Assembly: GCF_009914755.1 (NCBI RefSeq)
Contig: NC_060936.1
Reading direction: 5' to 3' (one strand)
Length of the DNA: 64,000 bases
Origin: the human T2T-CHM13v2.0 reference genome, Homo sapiens
In this document: in pieces, positions 43,514 through 58,499 of the stretch
Position numbering within the stretch: the first letter of the stretch is position 1
How the letters are laid out: every line of letters starts with the position of its first letter
Notes under the pieces: model-generated
The model's database searches: none
What the model was told of the DNA's origin: nothing
Seen by the model: only the letters and a program-made list of their open reading frames with translations
Program-made: the position numbers and the translations under genes

Positions 43514-46500
43514 TAGACAGCTAGGTTAGATGTAGACTGGAATGCTACAATACTGAAGTCTAGGGAGGTCTTGTGATTAGTAAACATTATAGGATATGGG
43601 ATATGGTCAGTTAGAATGCTCCCAGCTTCAAGATATAGAAAACCTAATTAAAGGAGATCTATCGTTTCACATAATAAGCAGTCTTGAGTTTGGTGCTTGC
43701 AGGGTTGCTTAATTTAATAGCTCATTCATATCAAGGTTTTTGCGTCTGCTTCTTTGTTTTTTCTGTGGGCAATGGCCCTCACAGTGGGTGGCACTATATT
43801 GTATTGCCCAGATCCAGACATGAATTCCTCATATAGCAATGTCTACAGACAGAGCAGCCAATGGGAGCAGGTGGAGGGAGCGGGTGAATGGTGAAGGAGT
43901 GGTAGCTCCTCATCTCTCTCTCTCTCTTTTCATTTGGGAAGAAACATCTTCCCTAGATAATGCTTCTCAAATTCTTATTGCATCTCTTTGGCCAGAACTG
44001 ATGCCCATCCTTTAACCACTCACTAGCAAAGGGGGATGGATTAATCATGGTTCAGTTCAGCCAACCTTCTGGAACTCTATGGACAGTGGTCTAATCTTTC
44101 TTGAACACATCGTTATCTGATACCTGGACAAAATTGGAAATGTACCAGCAAGGAAGAAGTGGGATATGGCTACTGGGGCAATCAACAGTGTCTTCCAGGT
44201 TTATCCTTAAAATCTCAATATGGTTCTGTGGCATCAATCCATTTAGTAGCACCATTTTTCAGGAGCTAGAAGCACAAAAACATGGTGAAAGACCCAAGAA
44301 GCAGGTGTAAGCTTCTAGACAAGTAGGGTGTGGTTCAGGGCAGTCTTAGCAGAGAACAGAACAATTACAGAAAGTAACTTAGATTTATTGGGCACTGACT
44401 ATGGAACAACCACTGTGTGAGGAACCCCTCCAGCCCATCCAACATCATATTTAATACTCAAAAGGAAGATATTATTAGCTCCATTTTAGAAATGAGGCTC
44501 AGAGAGAAAACTGTTAGGAGTTAGTAGAGCTAGACAGTAAAATTCAAGACTTTTTAACTCCAAGGATAATCTAGCTCAACCCATGTTGATGAGCAGCTAT
44601 TTCACGCTCCACCTGATAGTAATACTCCTCTTTCCCCATTTAATTCCCCAGCATTTTCACTTCTCAACCATCCCCATACTAATGTTGAAATGGAGGAAGG
44701 CAGTGAATAATAACAGCCAGAAGCCTCCAAACTTTCCAATACATCCCAATCCATCCTCTCAATGTTCTGTCCTGAGGAAATAATGAGAAAAGCAAAAAAT
44801 AGTCATACAAACCATAGTGACAATATATTGCAATCCTTTATTTAATGTCACTGACCTCATCAATTTGACCAATTTAAGGTGGACTGATGATTGGATGCAT
44901 CAATATCAAGGGTGAATACCCTGAATACTCAGATTAAAACTCAAATTGGTTTTGAGATTCAGAATTATTTCGATATTGGATATTTTCACGGTTAATGGTA
45001 CTAAAAGACCTCACTGCATAAATGCTTTGACCTCAGAAATTTGGTGAGATATAGAAGGAGATTGCCTGTATGTCCTTATTCTTTCTAGCTGTTCTGATGG
45101 AGAAAGTGGATGATTGACCTCTGCTATAGAGGACATTGCAGCAAGAAAACAGCCATTAGACTCTTCATCTAACTTTCCTTACTAGGCAGCCAAGTTCATC
45201 AAAGATTATTATGTTTTCCCCTGAATCTTCAGGAGGCCATTGTATATAGGCTTCTCCTTTGGGAAATATTTTCGAGAGGAACATATTCTACGAGGCTTTC
45301 TTGTGGGATGAAGGTAGCCAGGGCTCCATTTTGGCAGGATATTTTCAGCCCATAGATTTGGTTGATTACGGGCCTGCAAACACACTGCCCTATGTTAAAT
45401 AGAGTGAAACAAAATTACATCACTAACCATAACATTTTCTAACATATAATGTTTCTTTTTTGTCATAGAAGATACTTCAAAGGATGGCAAACATCCAGAG
45501 GGAATTGCAAAATTCAGGCAATTACTCAGATTCTCTAATCCCAAAATGTTTTCTTAAAATATTTTTGCAAATGGCCACATAATTGTCTATCTAGGTTTTG
45601 CAGCTTTCATCCTAAAAAACAATGCCATTTAGACTGTGCTTTAACTTTAGGTCTGAATAAGTGATATCATGATTATAACTCTCTCTGTCTCTCTTAATAA
45701 TGTCTTGTTTTCAGTAAAAGAGATCAAGAACTTGGTGATAATGGAATGGGAAACAAAGGAACAGTAACAAGTAAACCGCCCAATAGGGCCTTTATCCTTG
45801 TTTCTCTTGGCTCAAAACACCCCCTGCAAGGGGCAAACATTTCTCTGGGGAGATGATCCAACCAACAGTTTGAGAAAATAGTGCTTCTAGAAGCCTTTGG
45901 TTGTGAGAATGAATTGAGGTGATTAGAAGGGTGCTTGCGTGGCCAGATTCTTTGTTTCAGTACTAAATTGGCAGCTGCGAAAGATGGAAGAAAAACTGAC
46001 TCGAAGAAAAGAAAAGCAATTCAAACAAAAACACATTGCACTGGCTATCGTGGTCCTTAGGTTCTGGGGCAATTGTCCCCAGTGCCTCTGTGTGGGGTAT
46101 GTGTGGTACAGGCTTGTATTGGGGAGGGGAGGGAGCCATCCTGCCACTGGGCATCTGGAGGGAAAAATCCATCCAGCTGTTGCTAATGGATGGTCTGATT
46201 CATACATAATGCAAGCAGTCAATTCTGCATGCCCATGCATATTATCAGATATATATGTTACAGAGGGAACAAACAGTCATTTTCAACCTCCAATCCTTCT
46301 GGGGAGGGAAGAATGAAAAACCCTTTTGTCTTTTTGTGTACCTTGAAGGTGGGTCTGAAGCTAGGTCTACAGGCAGAGCCTTGGGGGAATCCCTGGCACC
46401 CCCTGGCAGCCCTTCTTTGACTTGTCTGGAGGAGAAATGTTTTGAAGCATATGTTAGTAAAATATATATCTGATTATTAACTCACTTCGATGGGAAACAT

Positions 46501-47708
46501 AAACTCTCTGCTTAGTTTCTCTTAGGATTTCACACACAACGCCATCAAAAAATGTATCTTAAGCTTTTTCATCACCTACTCTTTCTATTTAATCTCCTTC
46601 AGACATCATGATCAGGAAGAAATTAATTTCCTGCTTTGGTGAGGAAAGTTTTAGCTTCCAAAATTGACCAGACTTTCCTTCCTGCTCTCTGTTTTTTAAT
46701 CCCTTTCTCTTTGGACCTTACAAAGAAGAAATCTTGTAATGACAAGGGTATACATTTAGAGCTTCTTTCCAACTAAACCCTGCCTGCCATCTTTTACTGA
46801 ATTACTATGTTGTAGGGTGATATGTTTGACAGATATCTAAAGAAAATCAGAAAGCTGCACAATGTCCACATTTATGAAGCTGATAAGTTATGAATACATA
46901 TGATGAATCTATATGGTGAAGTTCATTAGTCTCCCTCCCTCATGCGTCCTTTTCCAGAACCTTCTGTCTCTCTTTGTCACCTCCATCCACAAGGTATAAC
47001 AGAGACAAACATGTTACGTTGTAACTCAGATCTTAATTTGGGGTGATTATTTCAAGGTTAGCTAATGAAGTAGGACTTTTTTTCCTTGGGACAAAGAAAA
47101 GAGGACATTCTTACTATTCAGAGCTGTAAAATTCCAAGATGTTGGCTGTAATGTTTTCCACATGTGGCAAAAGCTGGTCTGTAGTGACAGAAAAGGCTAA
47201 TCCTGACAATTTTGTTGTGTGTGGTTGCAATTTCTTTTTTCTGGGATCAAGTCATATTCCCTTCTTGATTTCCCTGAAACATCTCAGTGTTCTCATTAAT
47301 AATAAATCATCGTCTTTGCTTAAACTAGTTTGAATTAGGTCTCTGTAACTTACTGGGAAAAGAGTCCCAAGTGATACAGCAGGTATCGTTCAGAAGAAAG
47401 TCAAAACTTTGCTCCTGGTGTGGATCTGTGTTCCTTGCTGTGAAGAGAGGGCAACACCTTGGCTTAGTGAAAAGACAACAGGGTTTATCACTGACAGTTG
47501 TTTTAAATTCCTGTTTTGTCATTTACTAGCTCTGTACACTTGAGTAAATCACTTAGCTTCTCTGATATTATTATCTTCCCTGCAGTATTGTTCTTAGGTT
47601 TAGAAAGAGGGCGTGTAAAATAACAAGCATAATAATGAACAGTAACTCTACTCTAAAACTTCCTATTGCAATGACTTGAAAAGGACTCTCAAAAGTATAA
47701 AATGTCAC

Positions 47709-48171
<463 letters not shown>

Positions 48172-48455
48172 GTGTAAAGCTACAAAGCAGAGTCAGAATT
48201 TATTTGGCTCAGTTTTTCTTCTTTGCTCCTCTCTCTCTTCCCTCCTTTCCTCCTTCTATCCCTTTTCTCTCTTGTTTTATTTTCCTTTTAGAGAACCAGA
48301 GATGGCAGAGGAGTTCAAGTATTCATTCATGATTGCTAGGGGTCAGCTCCAGGTGTAGTGAGAACTCATTATGAGCACACGTTCTTGCCAGAAGAATTTT
48401 CTCAGTTGTTACAGATTCTACTGCTCTGGGTCCAGGATTCTCAATGTGACTCTCT

Positions 48456-48867
48456 GTCTTAGGTTGGAGGCCTCAGGCATTTAGAGGCAGAGATGTGCAC
48501 ACAGTGGTTGACTGAGGAGTGCTCTTGGGAGCAGCACCTGTAGGCTAGCCAGAGAGCCAGCAACAGAATGGGGCAGAGGGAGAAGTTGACCTGGGAGGCG
48601 GGTGCAACCGGGGCCTCAGCCCATCCATCCCACACACAAGGAGCTCTGGAATTGAGATGACCCTTCAGAGTTTTCCCTGCATCCAGGGTGGATCATGGAA
48701 TGCAGGTAATTCCCAGGAAGGGGAATAACCTGGGTCAAGTCTGTTTTCATCCAACGGCAAATTCTAGAGAGAGGACCCTCCACAGTCAGCAGTTAGCACG
48801 CCCAGCAGTTGGCAGAATGAAGGGTTCTGAAGTGGGTATCTGACCTGTGCATCACAGCATCCACCAC
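48456..48867 (-). mobile_element. LTR16-like (ERVL) solo LTR
   Basis: tgtcttaggttgg...gaggagtgctcttgggagcagcacctgt...ggagctctggaattgagatgacccttcagagtt. Confidence 0.7.
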
Positions 48868-48998
48868 TCTCCAACTCAGGAGTAATCTATGTCTTTCAAT
48901 TCATCATTGTAGTAACTGAATATTGAGCAAAGGGCTCTTTATACAACACAGGAGTCAACCATATAAAACACCTTAAGAACATATTTTTATTCTTTTAG

Positions 48999-49304
<306 letters not shown>

Positions 49305-50557
49305 AAAAACATATTTTAAAAATATTACTTTTTTCCCCTTAATCTTGGAGTATCTGTTGACTTCTGTGATTTGAGAAAAATATTCTTCAGTCGCAGCCTA
49401 CCACAAGAAAAAAAATCCTGTGGCAGAAAGTAATAATAAGACATTACCAATTGTAGCGTCCTTTTTATTCTCCAAACGAGGCGCTGAATTCCCTGATTTG
49501 AGGCCATCACTTCCATTTTAAGATGGTGCATTTTAAATCCCTAGATGGGCTGATCCTAAGAAATGTATCCACTAATCTCTGTAATCCAATAGGGCACAGA
49601 GACAAAAGACCTGCATTGTCAGCACAGGCTGGGAAAGGGCCCGATGTACTAAAACTGATGAGACATGAAATTCAGGGTCTTTAAGGGCTAGATAGAATGG
49701 ATTAATAAAAAAGAGGGAATAAATAGAGGAGAATTTAAACTTTCACCCTGCCTCTTTATGTCTTTCATTCAAAAGAGGATGACAATATACTTGATTATTT
49801 TAATCAAGTTGAAAATCGTTCTCTCTGAGGATGTCTGAATGATTCATTATAAGCTTTATTTGAGTCTCAAAGCTGGGGCTTTTACCCTTAAATGATTCTG
49901 CTGTGAGAACTCCACATTTAGGATTTTGTTGATGACTCAATTATTATTTTATTTACTGGGCTCCTACAATACTAAAAGTCATTGAGTAGCCCTACTTATG
50001 TTTTCCAGTAATTCTTTTTGCTACCAATGTGCCTATCTAAACTCTAGTCAAGTGATTAAGTTCATAGTGGGAGAAAATATTACCTATTGTTTTGCATGAT
50101 GCTTTTGAAATAATGTATTGATAGGACAATATACTTTTAAGCTAACAATGTTGATTCATGTACCATAGTAGATATTCGTGGGTGCAATGAATGTCTAGAA
50201 TTTTTTTCTTTCTTTCTCCTGGAAACTATTGGCTTTCTAATCCTAATCATATTGTTATATCAGGGAATACAAAGTTTTTATATGACCATGCCATGCGCCT
50301 GCCAGAGTTGATTGTTCTAAGGGGGAGCATTTGACCAAGACTGGGTCAATATTTTCTGTTTCCAGAATTCTAAAGCCAGAATGAGGGCAGAGAAGTAAGA
50401 CTATCATTGCCAGTGAGATCCTCCAGATGTAGGCCTTGAAGAACAAAGGTGGCCTTAGTCCTCACCAAGTAAAGCATGCCATTATATAGCAAGAAGGGAG
50501 AAAACTAATAGATGGAGAGAGAAAAAGCAAGCAGACAATGTATAAGTACCTATTTCC

Positions 50558-50857
50558 ATTTTTTTTTTTTTTTTTTTTTTTTTTTGATACAGATTCTTGC
50601 TCTGTCACCCAGGCTAGAGTGCAGTGGTGTGATCATGGTTCACAGTAGCCTCGACATCCTGGGCTCAAGCAATCCTCTCACCTCAGCCTCCTGAGTAGCA
50701 CGCACCACCATGCCTGGCTAATTTAAAAAAAAAAAAAATTGTAGAGATAGGGTTTAGCCATCTTGCCCAGGCTGGTCTCAAGTTCTTGCACTCAAGCAAT
50801 CCTCCCACCGCGGTCTCTCAAAGTGCTGAAACTACAGGTGTGAGCCACTGAGCCTGC
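50558..50857 (-). mobile_element. Alu (AluJ-like) with long poly(T)
   Basis: Dimer. Confidence 0.92.
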
Positions 50858-51032
50858 CTTCCAATGTTTTTTGAGAGCTTAAATGAATCCCTAACCTTCA
50901 CAAAGTTTGACCGGTCGGCCCTTATTTGATTATTTCTAATACCCCAATATGCTTTCCATGAATACCCTTTTCTGCTAGCCCAAACTGTTTATATAATCTC
51001 TAATTAAATAATATGGAATATCAGAACAATGG

Positions 51033-51480
51033 TGATTAGTTTCTTAGGGCTACCATGGCAAATTACGGCAAACTTGCTGACTTAAAATCATAAATTTGTT
51101 CTCTTAAAAGTCCAGAAGCCAGAAGTTGAAAATCAAGGCTTTGGGAGAGTCACATTGTCTCCAAAGCCTTCAGGAAAGAATCCTTCCTTGCCACCTCTTG
51201 CTTCTGGTGGCTGGAGGCTTTCCTTGACTTGGGGTAGTATAACACCAATTTCTCTCATTGTCTGACATTGCCCTTTTCCCTGCCTCTCTGTATCTCTCAC
51301 ATCTTCTCTGTCTTTCTCTTATAAGGACATCAGTCACTGGATTTAGGCTGGACCCTAAATCCAGGATCGTCTCACCTGGAATTCCTTAACTATATCTGCA
51401 AAGACCCCTTTTCCAGATAAGTTCACATTTACAGGTCAGTTCCTGGTGGAAGCATCTTTTAAAGGGCCACTATTCAATGT
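51033..51480 (-). mobile_element. MLT1B/C-type LTR
   Basis: ttagtttcttagggctacc...aagaatccttccttgcc...ttataaggacatcagtcactggatttagg. Confidence 0.8.
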
Positions 51481-51487
51481 ACATTTG

Positions 51488-51690
51488 ATTCTCATGCAGA
51501 AGTGATTTTGCCTTCTAGAGTTTATCCAGCTTGGAAACATTTTTGATTGTCACTATTTGGGTGGATGGTGGTAATGACATGTAGGGGACCAAGGTAGGGC
51601 TACTGCTCAGCATCTTACAATGCCACAGGACAGTCCCTCACAACAAAGGATTATCTGATTCATGATGTCACTGGTGGTTGAGAAACTCTG
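51488..51690. mobile_element. MER20 MITE
   Basis: gtgattttgcc...aacatttttgattgtcac...caggacagtccctcacaacaaaggattatctg...gttgagaaactctg. Confidence 0.8.
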
Positions 51691-52091
51691 CTTTAGACAT
51701 ATGACTATTGTAATATACAATCTCGCTAATGCACTGTTCACAGCTAATACAAATGCAAACTAAATACTGAGACTGATCTTATAGAATTGACTATCACTTA
51801 GGGGAGTCATTATGACATAATTTAATAAATAACCCATTGAAATTAATAGAAGTGTCATGAAGCAGAATAATTACCTAATTATTTCACACTTGTAAAGTCT
51901 TATAGTCCCCCAAAAGCTTACACTGTTATTTCTGTAAGCTTAAAAGTCATATTTTTCACATTTTAATCTTTCTGAAATTTGAAATGAATATAACGTATAC
52001 ATTTAATGTGTACATTTGATGTGGCATTGATTCTTACTTTGCTTTAAAAACTGGCCCAGGCACGGTGACTCATGCCTGTAATCCCAACACT

Positions 52092-52550
52092 AACTTTTCT
52101 TTGTTTCTTGACCTTGAAATTCTTGAAGATTGTGTGCCAATTACTTTTTAGGGTTCCCTTCAGCTGGGGTTTGTCTGATGTCTCCTCATATTTAGTATAG
52201 GTTATGCATTTTGGCAGGAATGTCACTAAGTGGCATTGTGTTCTTGTTGCATCACCTCAAGAGGCATATGATGTCACTTTGTCCTTATGTTGGTGATATT
52301 AGCTTTGGTCAGTTACAGTGCTGTCTGCCAGGTTTATCTACTGAAGAGTTACTATATTTTACTTTGTAATCAATAATTAATTTGCAAGGAGATACTTTGA
52401 AACTATGTAAATATCCTGTTCCTCATTAAAATTTTACCACTAGTTTTAGCATCCATTGATGATTTCTAACTTTGTGGCCGCTTCTCTATATAGTAGTTGA
52501 CACTGTGCTGTCAGGAAGAGCTGTCCTTTCTCCCTCATTTACTTACTCAA
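52092..52550 (-). mobile_element. L1MC-like 3' fragment, preceded by a 39-bp Alu head (52053-52091, +)
   Basis: gggtttgtctgatgtctcctcat...aggttatgcattttggcaggaatgtcac...gagatactttgaaactatgtaaatatcctgttcctc. Confidence 0.75.
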
Positions 52551-53034
52551 CCCTTTGTTCATGGTATTATACAGTGGTGGATTCTCTGAATGTTTGCATT
52601 GGTCAAGATGATCCTAATGGACACTAAAGTTTGGAACCACCATTTGAATGAAGAAAGTGATGTCCAAAGAGGTCAATTAACTTATTCAAGGTCATCTAAT
52701 TAGTGGAGGACTAAACCCCTCTCTCCAAAATTCATGTCTGTATGTTCTTCATGCAGTAATCCCCAGATCTGAAGAGTGGGCACCTATTGATTATCTAAAT
52801 GTGAATCACCTGAGAAACTTGTTAAAATGCAGCTTCCAGGTCTCATCTCCAGAGATTCTGATTCAATGCCTCCGGTATAAGGCCTTGAGATTTGTATAGA
52901 AAAGGGAAACAACTCATAAAGCACTTTTTATCTACTTACCTCAGTACTTTTTAGAAGGTAAATATAAATTGTGATGTTATATCTTTGTTTTTAAGATAGC
53001 ATGTATAATAAGCACTATCAATTTAATAAGTTAT

Positions 53035-53340
53035 TTTTATATTTATTTGTTTGTTTGTTTATTTATTTATTTTGAGACATTGTCCCACTTTTTCACCCAG
53101 GCTAGAATGCAGTGGCACAATCATGGCTCACTGTAGCCTCAACCTCCAGGCTCAAGCAATCCTCCTGCCTCAGCCTCCAGAGTAGCTGCAACTACAGGCA
53201 CCCTCCACCACACCTGGCTAATTTCTGTATTTTTTGTAGAGATGGGGTTTTGCCATGTTTTCCAGGCAGGTCTTCAACCCTGAGATCAAGCACTCCCAAA
53301 ATGCTGGGATTTTTATAGGCATGAGCCACCACACCCAGCT
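53035..53340 (-). mobile_element. Alu (AluJ-like)
   Basis: Diverged dimer. Confidence 0.9.
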
Positions 53341-53631
53341 TTATTTACTTTTTAACTTTTGTGGAAGGCAATCAACACAGTTACTATCAGAAGATGAGTT
53401 CATGCACCTAAAAGGAGGGACAGCAAAGGCATTAAATGCAGCTTTCAGGGAAGTCCTTTGTAAATGCCCTGGAGTAGAAGTCGCGTACTTTAATGTGCAT
53501 AAAAATTACATTGAGACCTTGTTAAATGCAGATTCTGATTCAGCAAGTCTGGAATGAGTAAGAGTCTGCATTTCTAACAAGTTCCTAGGATCCTACTGTT
53601 CTGAGCATGACACTTTGAAAAGCAATGCTTA

Positions 53632-53963
<332 letters not shown>

Positions 53964-53964
53964 T

Positions 53965-54148
53965 CAACAGCAGGCATCTTCAGACCTGCTGCCCATTTTT
54001 GTAAAGTTTTATTGGAACACCTAGTCGTGTCCGTTTGTTTACATGTTCTCTGTGGCAAAGTTGAGTAGTTGCAACAAAGGCTATTTAGTCCACACATCTT
54101 AAATGTTTATTAACTGACCCTTTTGTAGAAAAAGTCTGAAGACCTCTG
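53965..54148. mobile_element. MER58A fragment
   Basis: ttttgtaaagttttattggaacac...agttgagtagttgcaacaaagg...gacccttttgtagaaaaagt. Confidence 0.75.
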
Positions 54149-54405
54149 GTCTAGAGTGATTACTATCACAGAAATCTGCAATCAGAATGTGTTAAGTTTG
54201 CGTTTGGACTTTGCCACATTTGTCTTTGTGCCTTGTCAGTCAGCTTCTCTGAATCACAGTTTCCTGTCTGTGGGGAGAGGATAAGAATAGCACATGCTTT
54301 ATAGAGCTGTTGAAGGATTAAGCAAAACAATACCAGTAAGGAGCTTAGCACACAAATATAAGTGTGCTTCAGATACTTGGGGACCGTGTATAAAGTTTAT
54401 ATCCC

Positions 54406-54740
<335 letters not shown>

Positions 54741-54837
54741 TTAAAGTCTGCATTCCTAGGCTTCACTTGTGAAGATTCAATTCAGGAGGTCTGGGGTGGG
54801 GCCTGAGAATCTGTTTTTGAAACATGTTTTCCAGAAG

Positions 54838-55142
54838 TTTTTTTTTTGTTTTGTTTTTTTGAGACAGGGTCTCACTGTGTCACCCAGGCTCAAGTGCAGT
54901 GAAGTGATCTTGGCTCACTGCAACCTCTGCCTCCTGGGCTCAAGCGATCCTCCCACCTCAGCCTCCTGAGTAGCTGGGTCTACAGGTAGGAGCCACCATG
55001 CCTGGCTAATTTTTGTACTTTTTGTAGAGATGGGATTTTGCCATGTTAGCCAGGCTAGTCTTGAACTCCTGGCCTCAAGTGATCCACCCACCTTGGCCTC
55101 CCAAAGTGCTGGGATTACAGGTGTGAGCCACTGCACCCGGCC
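54838..55142 (-). mobile_element. Alu (AluJ-like) inside a MER5A-like MITE (about 54735-55200)
   Basis: TSD aaacatgttttccaga / aaacatgcttcccaga. Confidence 0.92.
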
Positions 55143-55980
55143 AGAAACATGCTTCCCAGAGGATTCAGATGCAAGTGATCCACAGGGCCAAGTATTGAGG
55201 GAAATGTTTAGCAACTTCTCTTGTTCACTTCATGTTCACGCCCCCATCCCATTCTGCTTCCTTCCTTCCACCCTCTCTTCACTATCTGTATCATCCTCAG
55301 GAAGGGCTGCTGGGCCTTGCTGCTCTGCATTTCTCTGGCTCCAGGTGCTCCACTCAACCAGCCCTATGCCTAAATTTGTTCTCCAGCTTGTCCGCAGGAC
55401 TCCAGTTTTAGACTTTGATCCTAAATTAACAATACCTCTGAGTGGACATATTACTTACTTCATGCTCAGAACTGCTTTTGAATGATTAGGTTTTCTCTCC
55501 TTTGCAGATCTGTTATTGCCCTCCCTTGATCCCATTTTAAAACAGTGTTCTGCAAGTCAACCTGGCTATGGCCTAAACTCATATTTCGGATGGAGTCCGA
55601 CCATCATTTAGATGGTAGAAACTAGAATAGACCACTGAGTGTGGGTAAATGGTTTTTACTGCTATTGTCAGAGGATAGTTGATGGAGCAACTGATATCTG
55701 GTGCACAGGTGCTCTGAGAAGGTTATTATGGTTTCTGAACATGTGGCTCTTTCCTTTGAAAGTACTGTGCCCTAGAAATAGTAAGTTCAAAGTTTTTTGA
55801 AAACCAGTGTGATTCATATCCCGCCTCACAATATATAGTCACTAATATAACAGACGACTTTGCAAAAGATTTCTCAACTGCCTACTTACTCCCCCATGTG
55901 CCTACACACACATATACAACAGCAACAAACCCTTACTAATTTGAGTGAATTTTATTTCTGAAGAAAGAAAGCTATAAATG

Positions 55981-56200
55981 AGCCTGAGCAACATAGCAAG
56001 ACTCTATCTCTGCAAAAAATACAAAAATGAGCTCTCCGTAGTGGTGTGCACCTATAGTCCCAGCTACTCAGAAGGCTGAGGCAGGGGGATCACTTGAGCC
56101 CAGGAGTTCATGGGTGCAGGGTGCAGTGAGCTATGATTGTATCACTGTACTCCAGCCTAGGTGACAAAGCAAGATCCTGCCTCAAAGAAATAAAAAAAAT
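55981..56200 (+). mobile_element. 5'-truncated AluJ-like element
   Basis: Begins at agcctgagcaacatagcaagac; flanks aaagcta(t/c)aaa. Confidence 0.88.
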
Positions 56201-56675
56201 AAAGCTACAAAATAAATATTGAAAGCCTGAATATCACCAGTTTAAACCCCAGGATTTCTTAAGAATATTTTTTTGACCTGTCAAGAATTCAGTGGTGTCT
56301 AGTAATTTTCATTTTGTACCAGTAATTAGCTTAGTAGTTAACAAAACCAGACTCTGAATCTTTTCGAGTAGCCTCAAATTGCCCTTTGACACCTCAATTA
56401 CTGGAGGAATAAAAGGTGTCATTTCTGAAGACGTGAAGAGTATTAGAGTTCATTTCTGATCTAATTAAAAGTCACATTTTAATATCTTTTTTACAGTTCA
56501 AAATTTCTAGTCTAGCGCTACCTACGACCCTTGATTAACACTATTCTCAGAGTGTGATTTTTTCCTCAATATAAGCAAGAAATATCTAGCTTGATGAGAG
56601 TCTAAGATATTTTGCAAATGCTTTTAGTTTTTTTTCTATGTAAGGTAAAGGAAAAAGAAGAGTCATATTTATCTA

Positions 56676-56812
56676 ATTTTCTTTCTTTTTTGGTAGAGAC
56701 AGGGTCTTGCCATGTTGCCCAGGCTGATCTGGAACTCCTGAACCCAAGTGATCTGCTTGCCTCGGCCTCCCAAAGTGCTGGGAGTACAGGCGTGAGCCAC
56801 TGCATCTGGTCC
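56676..56812 (-). mobile_element. FLAM-like monomer
   Basis: Left monomer, reverse strand. Confidence 0.88.
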
Positions 56813-57194
56813 AATATTTGGCTTATTTTATATCTAGTCCTACATACTGACATTTCTTTAGTTTAAGAAATTGAAGCCCTGACTATACATACAAACTATT
56901 TTGATTGAAATTCACTTAAGCCGAAATAGTTGCATTTGGTTGATTTTTATATTTTATTATTCCTTTTTGGCACAAAATGTAGTTGTTCAACTTTTTTATT
57001 TTTTTCACTTCTTAGCAGCATGTTGAATTTTAAGATACTCTCTTCCTTCGTTGCCTGTTTGTGCCCATTTTCTCACCTCATTCTATAGTTAGGGCATATT
57101 AATATATAGAAGCAGAGTTGTAACCATGAAAAGCTGAACGAATGGAGAGAGTTATGTCAAGCATGATAAGAACATGAAGAAGAAACTAGTCTTG

Positions 57195-57618
57195 TGCTAT
57201 GGTTTTGATATTTGTCCTCTCTAAACCTCATGTTGAAATTTGATCACCAATGTTGGAGGTGGGGCCTAATGTAAGGTGTTTTGGTTATGCAGGTGGGTGC
57301 CCCACAAACAGATTAATGCTCTCCCTTCAGGAATGAGTGAGTTCTCACTCGATCAGTTTTCAAGAGAGCCAGATGTCTCAAAAGAGCCTGGGACCTTCCC
57401 CTGCTCTCCCTTACTTCCATTCTTACCATATGATCTCTGCACACACCAGCTCCCCTTCACTTCCCACCATGAGTGGAAGCAGCCTGAGGTCTTTACCAGA
57501 TGCAGATGTTGGCACCATGCTTCTTGTATGGTCTGCAGGACCATAAGCCAATAAACCTCTTTTACTTATAAATTTCCCTGCGTCAGGTATTCTTTTATAG
57601 CAACACAAAACAAAGACA
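57195..57618 (+). mobile_element. MSTB-like MaLR solo LTR
   Basis: tgctatggttttgat...ctcatgttgaaatttgatc...ccatgagtggaagcagcctgagg...aataaacctcttt...aagaca. Confidence 0.88.
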
Positions 57619-57818
57619 TTTGTATTTGTGCATCATTTTTGGGAAGAATCATGAAAACCCAAATATGAATAAAATAGAAAAAAAAATCAACATTCTTTCT
57701 AATCTAAGAGAAAAGCTCGGTATCATAGCAATGATGCCATTTATTGATTACTTTTTGCCAGGCTATGTGCCAAACGATTCATTCATTTTTTTTATTCATT
57801 AAAAAAAAAAAATTCATT

Positions 57819-58112
57819 GGCCAGGCACAATGGCTCACGCCTGTATCCCAGCACTTTGGGAGGCTGAGGCGGGAGGATCACTTGAGGCCAGAAGTTCAAG
57901 ACCAGCCTGGGTGAAATAGCAAGATCCTCATCACTACAACAACAACAAAAAAATTAAATTAGCTGGGTGTGGTGGCATGTGCTTGTAGTCCTAGCTACTT
58001 GGGAGGCTGAGGTGGGATGATCACTTGGGCCTAGGGGTTTCATGTTACAATGAGCTATGATCACATCACTGCATTCAACATGGGTAACAGAGTGAAAGCC
58101 TGTCACTAAAAA
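57819..58112 (+). mobile_element. Alu (AluJ-like)
   Basis: Dimer. Confidence 0.93.
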
Positions 58113-58171
58113 TAATTATTGAGCTCCTACTTCTTGCACTGTTTTTAGTCCCACACAGCTGAGGATAAAAC

Positions 58172-58495
58172 ATTTTTTATTCTTTTCTTAATTTATTTTT
58201 TATTTTTTATTCTCAGATGGTGTCTCACTCTTGTTGCTCAGGCTGGAGTGCAGTGGCACGGTCTCAGCTCACTGCAACCTCCGCCTCTGGGTTCCAGTGA
58301 TTCTCGTGCCTTAGCCTCCCAAGTAGCTGGGATTACAGGCACCTGCCACCACTCTCAGCTAATTTTTATATCTTTTAGTAGGGACTGGGTTTTACCATGT
58401 TGACCAGGCTGGTCTCCAACTCCTGACCTCAGGTGATCTACCCACCTCAGCTTCCTAAAGTGCTGGGATTACAGGTGTGAGCCACTGCACCCGGC
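58172..58495 (-). mobile_element. Alu (AluS-like)
   Basis: Dimer, inverted relative to the preceding Alu. Confidence 0.95.
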
Positions 58496-58499
58496 CACA

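Noticed and set aside
55588-55617. Two adjacent small hairpins (tcgga..tccga, accatc..gatggt)
   Set aside because: Stems of 5-6 bp are expected by chance, and I recognise no RNA family
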